NCBI GenBank assembly: GCA_046314695.1
Contig: JBKDBI010000254.1
Span: 1 to 44,227, forward strand
Source of the DNA: Bacteroidota bacterium
GTDB lineage: Bacteria > Bacteroidota > Bacteroidia > NS11-12g > UBA955
Reading direction: 5' to 3'
DNA length: 44,227 nt
Part shown: positions 1 through 6,948 of the stretch, in pieces
How the letters are laid out: each line of letters opens with the position of its first letter
How positions within the stretch are numbered: the first letter of the stretch is position 1
Position numbers and translations under genes: made by a program
Notes under the pieces: generated by a model
What the model was told of the DNA's origin: nothing
Databases searched by the model: none
What the model saw: only the letters and a program-made list of their open reading frames with translations

Positions 1-1
1 A

Positions 2-418
2 ATCACAGGGGCAAATAAGGACTATGAGGCGTACTATGCACGAATCCGTGAAGCTGGGGTTATTTATGGCATCGCCCCGATTTTACAAGGCATCCAAAAG
101 CATCACGATGTGTTTTTCATCACAGGACGGCGTGAGTCAAGTCGTGAAGACACGATCCAGTGGCTACAGGTTAATGGCTTTTGTGGCGAAAACCCTAGCC
201 TTTACATGCGTCATGAAGGCAGCTTTGAGCCTGCTCACAAGGTCAAGGAACGGCACTTGAGGGAAATCTGCACGGATGTTGCCTTTGGTGATGTGACGGT
301 GTTTGAAGACGACCCCCATTGTGCGGAAATGTACGAGAGCCTAGGGTGCTATGTGTGCCATGTGAAGCACGAGAAAGCGAGGAGCTTATATGTACGAACT
401 ATTTTGGGCAAGCACTAG
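2..418 (+). CDS. HAD-superfamily phosphatase, C-terminal part (5' end outside the window)
   Basis: Frame 2 is open from the first base. The translation shows FFITGRRES (HAD motif II), AHKVKE (motif III Lys) and VFEDDP (motif IV acidic pair). The pattern TGRxE..R..T..WL..nG...MR resembles phage PNK-type 3'-phosphatase/HAD proteins. Motif I (DxDxT) is not visible, consistent with truncation at the window edge. Confidence 0.6.
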   Translation: MTGANKDYEAYYARIREAGVIYGIAPILQGIQKHHDVFFITGRRESSREDTIQWLQVNGFCGENPSLYMRHEGSFEPAHKVKERHLREICTDVAFGDVTVFEDDPHCAEMYESLGCYVCHVKHEKARSLYVRTILGKH

Positions 419-644
419 CGGTGGCGGTAGCTTTTGGGTGGAGACACTGGAGCCTTTTTATATTTTTGACTCAACAGAAATAGGAAGGGTTTGGTTTGGG
501 CAAGGTTCTATTTTGTCTCCTTTATCCGTATTTAGAGTAAGTAGCCTTACAGAGGCTATGAATGAAATCCATACCCTTAACAGCCAGTTAGAAGCGTACC
601 GAAGCAAGCAGTTAAGCTTGAACATCAAGGGAGGGAAGCGATGA
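390..644 (+). CDS. hypothetical protein (start uncertain)
   Basis: ORF track. It ends in IKGGKR and its stop overlaps the next start (ATGA), like the neighbouring coupled early genes. No recognisable motif and no clear SD. Confidence 0.3.
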   Translation: MYELFWASTSGGGSFWVETLEPFYIFDSTEIGRVWFGQGSILSPLSVFRVSSLTEAMNEIHTLNSQLEAYRSKQLSLNIKGGKR

Positions 645-1060
645 AAATTAAAATCAGAGAAACGGCACGAGCCAAGAAGGGCTGGAGCCTTTACAAGCTA
701 GCCAACGAGCTTAAACTTCCCCAACAAACCGTGTACGGCTGGCAAAGTGGACGCACACAGCCGAGGCTTGAGAGCGTGGACATGCTTTGTAGCGTCTTAG
801 GTTGTAGCGTGGGGGATCTGTTTGAAGCCGAGCCTGTGGAGGTATCGGTCAATAAAGAGCTTTTTTGGTTGACATTTAGAGACGGCTCACATATTTTAGC
901 CCATGCTACTTGTGGCAATTATGGCACGTTTGAGAAAAAAGCTTGGGTTAATTTGGACGGAACACCTGTGAAAGAAAACCCTTATGGTGTTCAACGTGGC
1001 GGTTTTGAAGGTGAGATTATTCCTTATGAACCATTTGGTATGAGTGAGGTGAAGCCGTGA
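641..1060 (+). CDS. XRE-family helix-turn-helix DNA-binding protein
   Basis: The N-terminus WSLYKLANELKLPQQTVYGWQSGRTQPRLESVDMLCSVLGCSVGDLF is a typical Cro/C1 (HTH_3) helix-turn-helix. The C-terminal roughly 70 aa are unrecognised. Confidence 0.8.
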   Translation: MKIKIRETARAKKGWSLYKLANELKLPQQTVYGWQSGRTQPRLESVDMLCSVLGCSVGDLFEAEPVEVSVNKELFWLTFRDGSHILAHATCGNYGTFEKKAWVNLDGTPVKENPYGVQRGGFEGEIIPYEPFGMSEVKP

Positions 1061-1266
1061 CCACACCCCTAACACGCCAAGATGTCCTAGGCATCGTCCT
1101 AGAAGCCCTAGAGCTTCACGAGGCGAAGAAAGCCGATGCACACACCAAGCGGATTGTTGCAGAGTTTGAGAAGTCTCTTTCGTTTGGACTGCAGGAAGAG
1201 AAGTCACCGACAACAATGTCACGAAAATCAGTAGTCCCTAAATCAGTAAGAAAGTGGAAAAAATGA
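1057..1266 (+). CDS. hypothetical protein
   Basis: ORF track; start overlaps the upstream stop (GTGA) and its stop overlaps the downstream start (ATGA). Confidence 0.5.
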   Translation: MTTPLTRQDVLGIVLEALELHEAKKADAHTKRIVAEFEKSLSFGLQEEKSPTTMSRKSVVPKSVRKWKK

Positions 1267-1619
1267 TGTTTAACTGGTTGTACGAGTTCGGAACGATGTT
1301 GTGGCAAAACGGCACGGTGTGCTTGATTATCGGCTACATGATTATCGGCTATGGTGCAGGGTGGGTGATTACAGGAACACAGCGTGGCAAGGATTACGGT
1401 CAAGTCGTTTTTCGAGTTTCCACAAAAACAGAGAACGGCAAGGGGCTATTGAATACAAGCATTGCATGGGACGGTGTGCCTATGGATCCTACAAGACCAC
1501 TTCGTCCTGTATTTAAACATCACAGACACGCCATGCACGCCTTTGAGGATACAGTCCACCACCTTAAAAATATAAACGATTATTTTAATAACGAAGAAAA
1601 AGAGAAAGGGAAAGAATGA
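1263..1619 (+). CDS. hypothetical membrane protein
   Basis: In-frame ATG at 1263 forms an ATGA overlap with the upstream stop. Hydrophobic segment TVCLIIGYMIIGYGAGWVITG. Confidence 0.55.
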   Translation: MMFNWLYEFGTMLWQNGTVCLIIGYMIIGYGAGWVITGTQRGKDYGQVVFRVSTKTENGKGLLNTSIAWDGVPMDPTRPLRPVFKHHRHAMHAFEDTVHHLKNINDYFNNEEKEKGKE

Positions 1620-1711
1620 TGCCTACTTATTTAGTTGAAGGTGTCCGATCAAGAAAAAAGCAATTGTTTTTTCTTATTGGCGTCCCTTGCCGCAACCACC
1701 GCAGGAGGTGA
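1616..1711 (+). CDS. possible 31-aa small ORF (below the track cut-off)
   Basis: Hand translation gives MMPTYLVEGVRSRKKQLFFLIGVPCRNHRRR. It has an ATGA overlap with the upstream stop, and its last codons (AGG AGG TGA) form the SD for the ATG at 1715. Confidence 0.3.
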   Translation: MMPTYLVEGVRSRKKQLFFLIGVPCRNHRRR

Positions 1712-1714
1712 GCC

Positions 1715-1903
1715 ATGCTTGAGTTTTTAAAGAAGTGGTTAAAGCCGAAAGAGAAGAAAGTGGAAATTAAGCACGATTGGATTTATTACACCCAAGGCAC
1801 ACATACGCCACAAAACCATGACGACATTTTGCAACACGTTCTAAATGAAACATGGAACTCTGACGACGGCACGTTTACATTTGAAGATAAGAAAGGCAAC
1901 TAA
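1715..1903 (+). CDS. hypothetical protein
   Basis: ORF track; AGGAGGTGA lies 4 nt upstream of the ATG. Confidence 0.55.
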   Translation: MLEFLKKWLKPKEKKVEIKHDWIYYTQGTHTPQNHDDILQHVLNETWNSDDGTFTFEDKKGN

Positions 1904-1904
1904 A

Positions 1905-2165
1905 ATGCAAGAAATCATAACCGAAATACTGGAAATTCACGGCTTCCCTACGAAGAATGTGGAGAAATTAACGACCTTATTAGAAAATTGGAAACTTAAG
2001 GATTTAACAGCTCTCACCGTCATCACAAGCGACAAGCAAATTATGGGATTTTCTATGGGGAATCGCATAATCGCACTTGGGGGCATAGTGCCTACCTTTA
2101 GTCAAGAATGGCGTTACTGCTCCCTAGGCTCCGAGCTGGTGGTACGATTGAAAGGCGGTGAGTGA
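1905..2165 (+). CDS. hypothetical protein
   Basis: In-frame ATG at 1905 directly follows the upstream stop (1901-1903). The protein ends in LKGGE, with the junction motif at 2150-2161. Confidence 0.5.
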   Translation: MQEIITEILEIHGFPTKNVEKLTTLLENWKLKDLTALTVITSDKQIMGFSMGNRIIALGGIVPTFSQEWRYCSLGSELVVRLKGGE

Positions 2166-2569
2166 TGATAGCCATTAACTTTAAAGCCAAGTTTGCGGAC
2201 TTGGTTGCCAGTGGTAAAAAGACGCAGACCATACGACAGACGAACCGTTTCAAAGTGGGGGATACACTACAGCTCTACACAGGGCAACGTACAAAGGCGT
2301 GTCGTAAATTGGGTGAAGCCGTTGTAAAAACAATTTTTAAAATTAGTATTACTGAAACAAATGTTGAGTATGCTAATCTTGACTATATTTCTGTTTGCGG
2401 AAAAGGACGTGAAAAATCATTAGGTGGACGAGAATATCTATTAAATAACTTTGCCCAAAAAGACGGCTTCAAAGACTTTGAGGAAATGAAAGCGTTCTTT
2501 GTAGCTCAATACGGCGACTTGCCTTTTGAGGGGTACTTAATCCAGTGGGAATTGAAAGGCGGTGAGTGA
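2165..2569 (+). CDS. ASCH-domain protein (YqfB-like PUA fold)
   Basis: INFKAKFADLVASGKKTQTIRQTNRFKVGDTLQLY aligns by eye with the E. coli YqfB N-terminus ([36 protein letters not shown]). The C-terminal Y..I.WEL strand also matches. The TGATG overlap with the upstream gene supports the start. Confidence 0.7.
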   Translation: MIAINFKAKFADLVASGKKTQTIRQTNRFKVGDTLQLYTGQRTKACRKLGEAVVKTIFKISITETNVEYANLDYISVCGKGREKSLGGREYLLNNFAQKDGFKDFEEMKAFFVAQYGDLPFEGYLIQWELKGGE

Positions 2570-2757
2570 TGGAAACAATCAAGATGCTTTTGCGTGTAAC
2601 CCTTAAGTTTTTTCTTGTTTTGCTTTGGGTGTTCCTACAACTAACCATGCTCCCTTTTGCTCTGATTGTAGGCGTTTTGAAATACGGATTGCCAAAGGCT
2701 GAAAAGACTTTTGATGATTTTATTTGTGATGTAAGCAAGAAAGGCGGTGGAGCGTGA
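2569..2757 (+). CDS. small membrane protein, paralogue of 43515..43703
   Basis: 62 aa with hydrophobic core FFLVLLWVFLQLTMLPFALIVGVL. 54 of 62 residues are identical to the 43515..43703 product (hand alignment). Confidence 0.65.
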   Translation: METIKMLLRVTLKFFLVLLWVFLQLTMLPFALIVGVLKYGLPKAEKTFDDFICDVSKKGGGA

Positions 2758-3083
2758 TTAAAGACGATGCAGAACTTGAAGATGTTTCGCTTAAGATATA
2801 CAACCTTATGCAGATCCCAAAACTTACAAAAAAACAGGGACAAGCCTTAGTCTCCCTTTGTAATGAAGTGGAAATATACGAGGCTCAACTAGAGATTTGC
2901 GATTTCAGAAAAAAGCTTAATGAGGTATGGAGTGCTATTGAAGAGCTTGAAAAGAAAGGCGATAGCAGAACCGAGCGTGACATTATAAAGCTTATAGAAT
3001 CAAGAAAAAAACGAAGTGTGATGTGTCAGCAATTTGCATATTTGCACACTACATTAAAAGCATTAAAGAAAGGCGGTGAGTGA
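2754..3083 (+). CDS. hypothetical protein (helical/coiled-coil character)
   Basis: ORF track; GTG start overlaps the upstream TGA (GTGA); ends in LKKGGE. Confidence 0.5.
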   Translation: MIKDDAELEDVSLKIYNLMQIPKLTKKQGQALVSLCNEVEIYEAQLEICDFRKKLNEVWSAIEELEKKGDSRTERDIIKLIESRKKRSVMCQQFAYLHTTLKALKKGGE

Positions 3084-3280
3084 TGAGTAAGGTTTCGCAA
3101 TTTTTTCGCATTGTGTGGAAGTTCCTATTGGTGGCTATGTGGATGCTTGCACAAATACTAATAGTCCTGCCGTGCGTCTTGTTAAAAGCCCTAAAAGAAC
3201 AACTGGCACAAGGCTTTCATTCTACCGAAGCGAGTCTTGACAAAATCATTAAAGATCTAAAGAAAGGCGGTGAAGGGTGA
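3083..3280 (+). CDS. small membrane protein (distant relative of the 2569/43515 family)
   Basis: FFRIVWKFLLVAMWMLAQILIVLPCVLL has the same layout as the 2569 product. TGATG overlap; ends in KKGGEG. Confidence 0.55.
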   Translation: MSKVSQFFRIVWKFLLVAMWMLAQILIVLPCVLLKALKEQLAQGFHSTEASLDKIIKDLKKGGEG

Positions 3281-3471
3281 GTATACTTACTAAGATTGCC
3301 AAGTTTATAGCATTGTTATTCTTTTGCATAACCGTTGCCTGTTTTGCACGTTTGCTTGGTTCATGGTGTGGGTACTACATGACCGCACATCCTACATTAT
3401 GGCTTCTTGTGGGGCTAGGAATGCTCCAGTTTTGGGGGATGTTTATGAGTGACAAGAAAGGCGGTGAATAA
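3277..3471 (+). CDS. small membrane protein
   Basis: Two hydrophobic segments (IAKFIALLFFCITVACFARLL; LWLLVGLGMLQFWGMF). GTG start in a GTGA overlap; ends in KKGGE. Confidence 0.5.
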   Translation: MSILTKIAKFIALLFFCITVACFARLLGSWCGYYMTAHPTLWLLVGLGMLQFWGMFMSDKKGGE

Positions 3472-3596
3472 TGCTTATAAATAAAGACACCTTGAAAAGG
3501 TTGGTGCTTGTGACTCTTGCAGTGTTTCTAGTCCCTGTGCTTGTCTGTGGTTTTTTAGCATGGAGCAAATGGGTGTTTCTATTACTATTGTCCTAG
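3471..3596 (+). CDS. possible 41-aa small membrane protein (below the track cut-off)
   Basis: Hand translation gives MLINKDTLKRLVLVTLAVFLVPVLVCGFLAWSKWVFLLLLS. The ATG follows the junction motif GAAAGGCGGTGAATA and overlaps the upstream TAA by 1 nt (TAATG). Confidence 0.4.
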   Translation: MLINKDTLKRLVLVTLAVFLVPVLVCGFLAWSKWVFLLLLS

Positions 3597-3623
3597 CCTA
3601 AAGTATGTTAAAATAAAAGCAAC

Positions 3624-3672
3624 GCACGCACCCGACCTCTCAACGATGTAGAAAAGGGTGCGTTTTTGTTTA
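3624..3672. terminator. possible bidirectional terminator between the convergent early (+) and late (-) units
   Basis: ACGCACCC (3626-3633) pairs with GGGTGCGT (3656-3663) and is followed by TTTTTGTTT on the plus strand. On the minus strand the same hairpin is followed by a T-rich run (gcttttatttt). The loop is long (22 nt), so the call is tentative. Confidence 0.4.
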
Positions 3673-3695
3673 ATACGCCCACGTCCGCTCGTCGC

Positions 3696-4187
3696 CTACG
3701 GATTCGCCATGTACCACTTAACTTTCGTGCGGATCCAGTTGCCCACCTCGTGAGGTTTGAGCTGTGGCTCCCACGGTATGCTGTTGATGTCAATCTTCCC
3801 AGCGGAATCCGTCCCCTTGTGCTTCAAGCCAAACTCATAATGCGTGTAAACGGTGTCCTCATTTATAGGGATGCCGTTTGCTTTGCAGAATTGAGCCACG
3901 AACTTAAGACACGCCTCAAGGCTTTTCTGTGTAAACGTACCGCCCTTGTACCCTTTAAAGGCTCCACACACGGCGACACCCAACGCCCAACTATTACCAC
4001 CAGCACAATGTGCGGCGTAAGTATCACCATTTTTTAGCTGGCGAGCGTTGGCTTCAGGAGGGAATTGACCCTTCACACAATCGCCGTCATCCTCAAAGAT
4101 GAAGTGATAATGCTTGCGATCAATGGCGTTGGCTTTGAGTCCGCCAGCCGTCCAGTGAATACACACACGTTTGAGTTTAGCGTTCAT
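3696..4187 (-). CDS. N-acetylmuramoyl-L-alanine amidase (Amidase_2/PGRP, T7-lysozyme type) endolysin
   Basis: IHWTAGG, YHFIF, AAHCAGGNSWALGVAV and THYEF are typical of the Amidase_2 zinc amidase family. It is the last gene of the late operon. Confidence 0.9.
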   Translation of the reverse strand: MNAKLKRVCIHWTAGGLKANAIDRKHYHFIFEDDGDCVKGQFPPEANARQLKNGDTYAAHCAGGNSWALGVAVCGAFKGYKGGTFTQKSLEACLKFVAQFCKANGIPINEDTVYTHYEFGLKHKGTDSAGKIDINSIPWEPQLKPHEVGNWIRTKVKWYMANP

Positions 4188-4372
4188 TGATGTATCCTTT
4201 CATACTTGTGAACCGTGTTGCCTTCAACCCAATAAGCAGGGCGTGGCGTACGTTGAACTACTCGATTTTCTCGAGGGGTTGCCTGTGCATTCATTTTGTC
4301 AACCTGCCTATCAACACAGACCTTCAAAATCAACACAAGAATCATCGCTCCTAGCCATATAAAAAACGGCAT
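4184..4372 (-). CDS. small N-terminally membrane-anchored protein (lysis accessory, holin or spanin-like)
   Basis: TM segment FFIWLGAMILVLILKVCV. AGGAGG lies upstream of the ATG, and an ATGA overlap links it to the amidase start. Confidence 0.5.
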   Translation of the reverse strand: MPFFIWLGAMILVLILKVCVDRQVDKMNAQATPRENRVVQRTPRPAYWVEGNTVHKYERIHQ

Positions 4373-4383
4373 AACGTCCTCCT

Positions 4384-4410
4384 AAAGAAAAGGGGCTATG
4401 GGGAAGCCCC
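4384..4410 (-). terminator. rho-independent terminator candidate inside the lysis block
   Basis: The minus strand reads GGGGCT-tccccat-AGCCCC followed by TTTTCTTT. It sits between the stop of 4437..4712 and the SD/ATG of 4184..4372. Confidence 0.5.
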
Positions 4411-4436
4411 CTACTTTGCTTTTCTACAAACACACA

Positions 4437-4712
4437 CTAAGCTTTATCATCTTCAAGAGATTTTTGAAGTGCCACCACTTGAGGGATTGTCGCACCAATA
4501 ATGTTGCGAAGTATAATCGCAGGCACTTTCGCTTGAATCGGCACAGGAATCAATGCCAACACTTCATCGACGCTTATCTTGCCGTCATCGTTCTTGTCGA
4601 GAAGGTCTCGCACAATGTCAACAATAATCGCCATAACTGCCTTGGCTCTTGATGTTTCAAGCCCTTGCTTGACCTTGCCAACAAAACCTTTAATCCAGTC
4701 AATAAACGACAT
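4437..4712 (-). CDS. hypothetical protein with one canonical EF-hand Ca2+-binding loop
   Basis: DKNDDGKISVDE (aa 39-50, nt 4563-4598) satisfies every position of the EF-hand loop pattern (PROSITE PS00018) and is flanked by helix-like segments. Confidence 0.55.
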   Translation of the reverse strand: MSFIDWIKGFVGKVKQGLETSRAKAVMAIIVDIVRDLLDKNDDGKISVDEVLALIPVPIQAKVPAIILRNIIGATIPQVVALQKSLEDDKA

Positions 4713-4785
4713 AGTCTAATCCTTCTGATTTTGTAACGTATCTTCTAACATCTCTCTATCTTACCACGCAATCAAGCATAGCAGA

Positions 4786-5100
4786 CTAAGGCGAATGGGG
4801 GACTTCAAATTCCGCATGGTGGACTCCTTCAGCTCTTCCTTCAAGTAATCCAAGTTTGTAAGAAAACTCAAGAAGCTTGTTTTGTAGATCCGCAATACGC
4901 TTGTTTTGGATTTTGTTGTTTTCTTTACACTCGAGGCTTTCATCTTCCGCCTTTTTCTTAAGTTCAGCAAAATCCTTTTCTGCCTTTGTTTTAACAGCGT
5001 CGAATTGAGTAAGAATCCACTTAAACATAAAACCAATAGCGACTGGCATAACGCCGATTGCTCCATAAAAAACGGTTGTGTCTATTTCAACGGTTGCCAT
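4786..5100 (-). CDS. membrane-anchored coiled-coil protein (holin or i-spanin-like candidate)
   Basis: ATG at 5100 overlaps the upstream TAA (TAATG). One TM segment (VFYGAIGVMPVAIGFMFKWIL) is followed by charged heptad-like sequence. Confidence 0.5.
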   Translation of the reverse strand: MATVEIDTTVFYGAIGVMPVAIGFMFKWILTQFDAVKTKAEKDFAELKKKAEDESLECKENNKIQNKRIADLQNKLLEFSYKLGLLEGRAEGVHHAEFEVPHSP

Positions 5101-5282
5101 TAAACATTCCTCCATGTACCAGCATTTTTGACTTTAATGCTGACAATATCTTTCCACGTTCCAGCATCTTTCACCTTAATCGTAAGGGCTTGCTTCCACA
5201 CCCCAGCATCCTTGACGAAGACTTTTGGGGCTGGCGGTGTGCCAGTAGGAGCTAATAACGGCGTACGAATGCGTAAAACCAT
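5100..5282 (-). CDS. 60-aa protein built of three VKDAGxWK repeats
   Basis: VFVKDAGVWKQAL / TIKVKDAGTWKDIV / SIKVKNAGTWRNV; located between the fibre genes and the lysis block. Confidence 0.5.
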   Translation of the reverse strand: MVLRIRTPLLAPTGTPPAPKVFVKDAGVWKQALTIKVKDAGTWKDIVSIKVKNAGTWRNV

Positions 5283-5285
5283 GGC

Positions 5286-6071
5286 TTAGTCTCCTATTAA
5301 GGGTGGATGGTTACGGAAGGGATGCGAAGCGGGTGGTGTTTCAACAAGCCGACCGTTTTTCCAATATAAATATCCTTCTATTAACTCAATTTGCCTATCG
5401 GTCGCAGCATAAGGCAAAATTAAAAGGTCTCGCATTCTACCTCTAAAAGTACTTAGGTCTGGACCAAATCCAACAAACAAAGCACCTGTGCTTGTTGTGG
5501 TCGCTGCTGTGATCCCACCTGAAGCGGCTAGCACACCATTTACACGCAGTATTGATTTTGTTGAGGCGTTGCCGTCAAATCTCCATACAATTATATAATT
5601 TGTGTTTGTTGCAATCGTTGTGCCTATAGTCTGACCGTTTAAAACCGCTAACAAATCGGCTCCAATAACAACTAATCCTGTTCTAGCCGTAGGGGTAGTG
5701 GTTCCATGTTCAAAAAACCACCCTGTTGCTGTTTGATTGATTACCGCAAACGCTGTAAATGCCGTAGTGGTGACAAGGGGTGTAAAAGAAGCAGTGCCTA
5801 CTAAGCGTTGAGTTGAGGCTGTAAACCCAACAGAAGGGGTGTTATTCCACCCCCCTGCTTGATAAGCAGGGCGAAGCCCAGCAGTTGATTGAGTAAACGA
5901 CCAAAGTTCATCAGAATCATTCCATTGTGAAACCGCACCACTAACAACCGTAATGTTTTTTTCAGCGTCTAAATTTAGACCCCTTCGTATTATTTCAGGG
6001 CTTGGCGTCCACAACCGCCTCTGCAAGCGTGCTTCGTCGTACCGCCAATTTAAACCAACTCCTCTTGGCAT
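5286..6071 (-). CDS. LamG/concanavalin-A-like jelly-roll domain protein (tail-associated)
   Basis: RLWTPS...LNLDA...VSQWNDS...Q...AGLRPAY...PSVGF near the N-terminus and IEGYLYWKNG...HPF near the C-terminus match the widespread phage LamG-like (Laminin_G_3) family. ATG at 6071 overlaps the upstream TAA. Confidence 0.7.
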   Translation of the reverse strand: MPRGVGLNWRYDEARLQRRLWTPSPEIIRRGLNLDAEKNITVVSGAVSQWNDSDELWSFTQSTAGLRPAYQAGGWNNTPSVGFTASTQRLVGTASFTPLVTTTAFTAFAVINQTATGWFFEHGTTTPTARTGLVVIGADLLAVLNGQTIGTTIATNTNYIIVWRFDGNASTKSILRVNGVLAASGGITAATTTSTGALFVGFGPDLSTFRGRMRDLLILPYAATDRQIELIEGYLYWKNGRLVETPPASHPFRNHPPLIGD

Positions 6072-6487
6072 TAGGTAATCTCCTCGTTCCAAGTGGCGAA
6101 AGTTAAGCTATTGCCCGAAACCGCCGTATTAACACCCATATTGTTTTGCCAATACAAACCGTATACGCCTGCGTTGGGTACACGCATAGGTACATGAAAA
6201 CGCACTGGTCTTGTACCTGTTCCAGTTAAAGCCACAGTCATGGATTCGGAATTATTTTCAGCGTAGTTTGTGCCGTCTACTTTTCTTCGTAACAAAAACG
6301 AAGCACTCCCTCCTGCGTTAGGAGTAAATGAACCAAGAACTATGTTAAGTTCTATATAAAAGTCTTTCCCAGTCGTGTTTGGTATGTCTGTAATGAAAGT
6401 CGTCGTGCCTGAGGCTCTGTTATCTAAAGCTGTTCCTGCAACGTTAGAACTTGGACTACTTAAATCTGACCATGTAGCGATTGCCAT
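6071..6487 (-). CDS. hypothetical tail-fibre-region protein
   Basis: ORF track; translationally coupled on both sides; no recognisable motif. Confidence 0.5.
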   Translation of the reverse strand: MAIATWSDLSSPSSNVAGTALDNRASGTTTFITDIPNTTGKDFYIELNIVLGSFTPNAGGSASFLLRRKVDGTNYAENNSESMTVALTGTGTRPVRFHVPMRVPNAGVYGLYWQNNMGVNTAVSGNSLTFATWNEEIT

Positions 6488-6939
6488 TATGCTTGACCCC
6501 CTCTTGCGATTCCCACTGTTCGAGCCGTTACTTCGATGTTGTTATATTCTGCCCACGATTGCAGGCGATAGGCTTTTGATGAAATAAACTCACCTTGCTC
6601 TTGTGTGAAAAGCCCTGCTGAAATTGCACTGCTTAACATGGTTTCAAAAGGTGTTCTAATTTCAGAATTGCTTAAATCAAACATGTAATCTCTTGTAGAT
6701 ACAGAGTCCACAATGTTAAGGCATAAAGCTTTCTCGCTTGCGTTTTGGCTATTCTTAGACTTATCTACAATGCTTGCCCACACATTAAAGGAAATTAACA
6801 TCCTCATCACATCGGCGTTTAGAATAGAGCCATAAGTGGGTGGCAAAGCAGGGTCAGGCGTGTTTAAAATATCCGCCACTTCCCAGTCAGGTAAAGAAGC
6901 CAAATCGCTTTCCTGTATTCGTGTTTGTAATTCTGTCAT
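6487..6939 (-). CDS. hypothetical tail-fibre-region protein
   Basis: ORF track; coupled to the downstream gene; no recognisable motif. Confidence 0.5.
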   Translation of the reverse strand: MTELQTRIQESDLASLPDWEVADILNTPDPALPPTYGSILNADVMRMLISFNVWASIVDKSKNSQNASEKALCLNIVDSVSTRDYMFDLSNSEIRTPFETMLSSAISAGLFTQEQGEFISSKAYRLQSWAEYNNIEVTARTVGIARGGQA

Positions 6940-6948
6940 ATTGCCCTC

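Larger units (their letters stand above)
2150..3467 (+). repeat. six dispersed copies of the gene-junction motif GAAAGGCGGTGA (one with final G)
   Basis: Copies at 2150-2161, 2554-2565, 2739-2750, 3068-3079, 3262-3273 and 3456-3467. Each encodes the K-G-G-x C-terminus of one gene and sits 2-9 nt before the next start codon. Confidence 0.85.
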
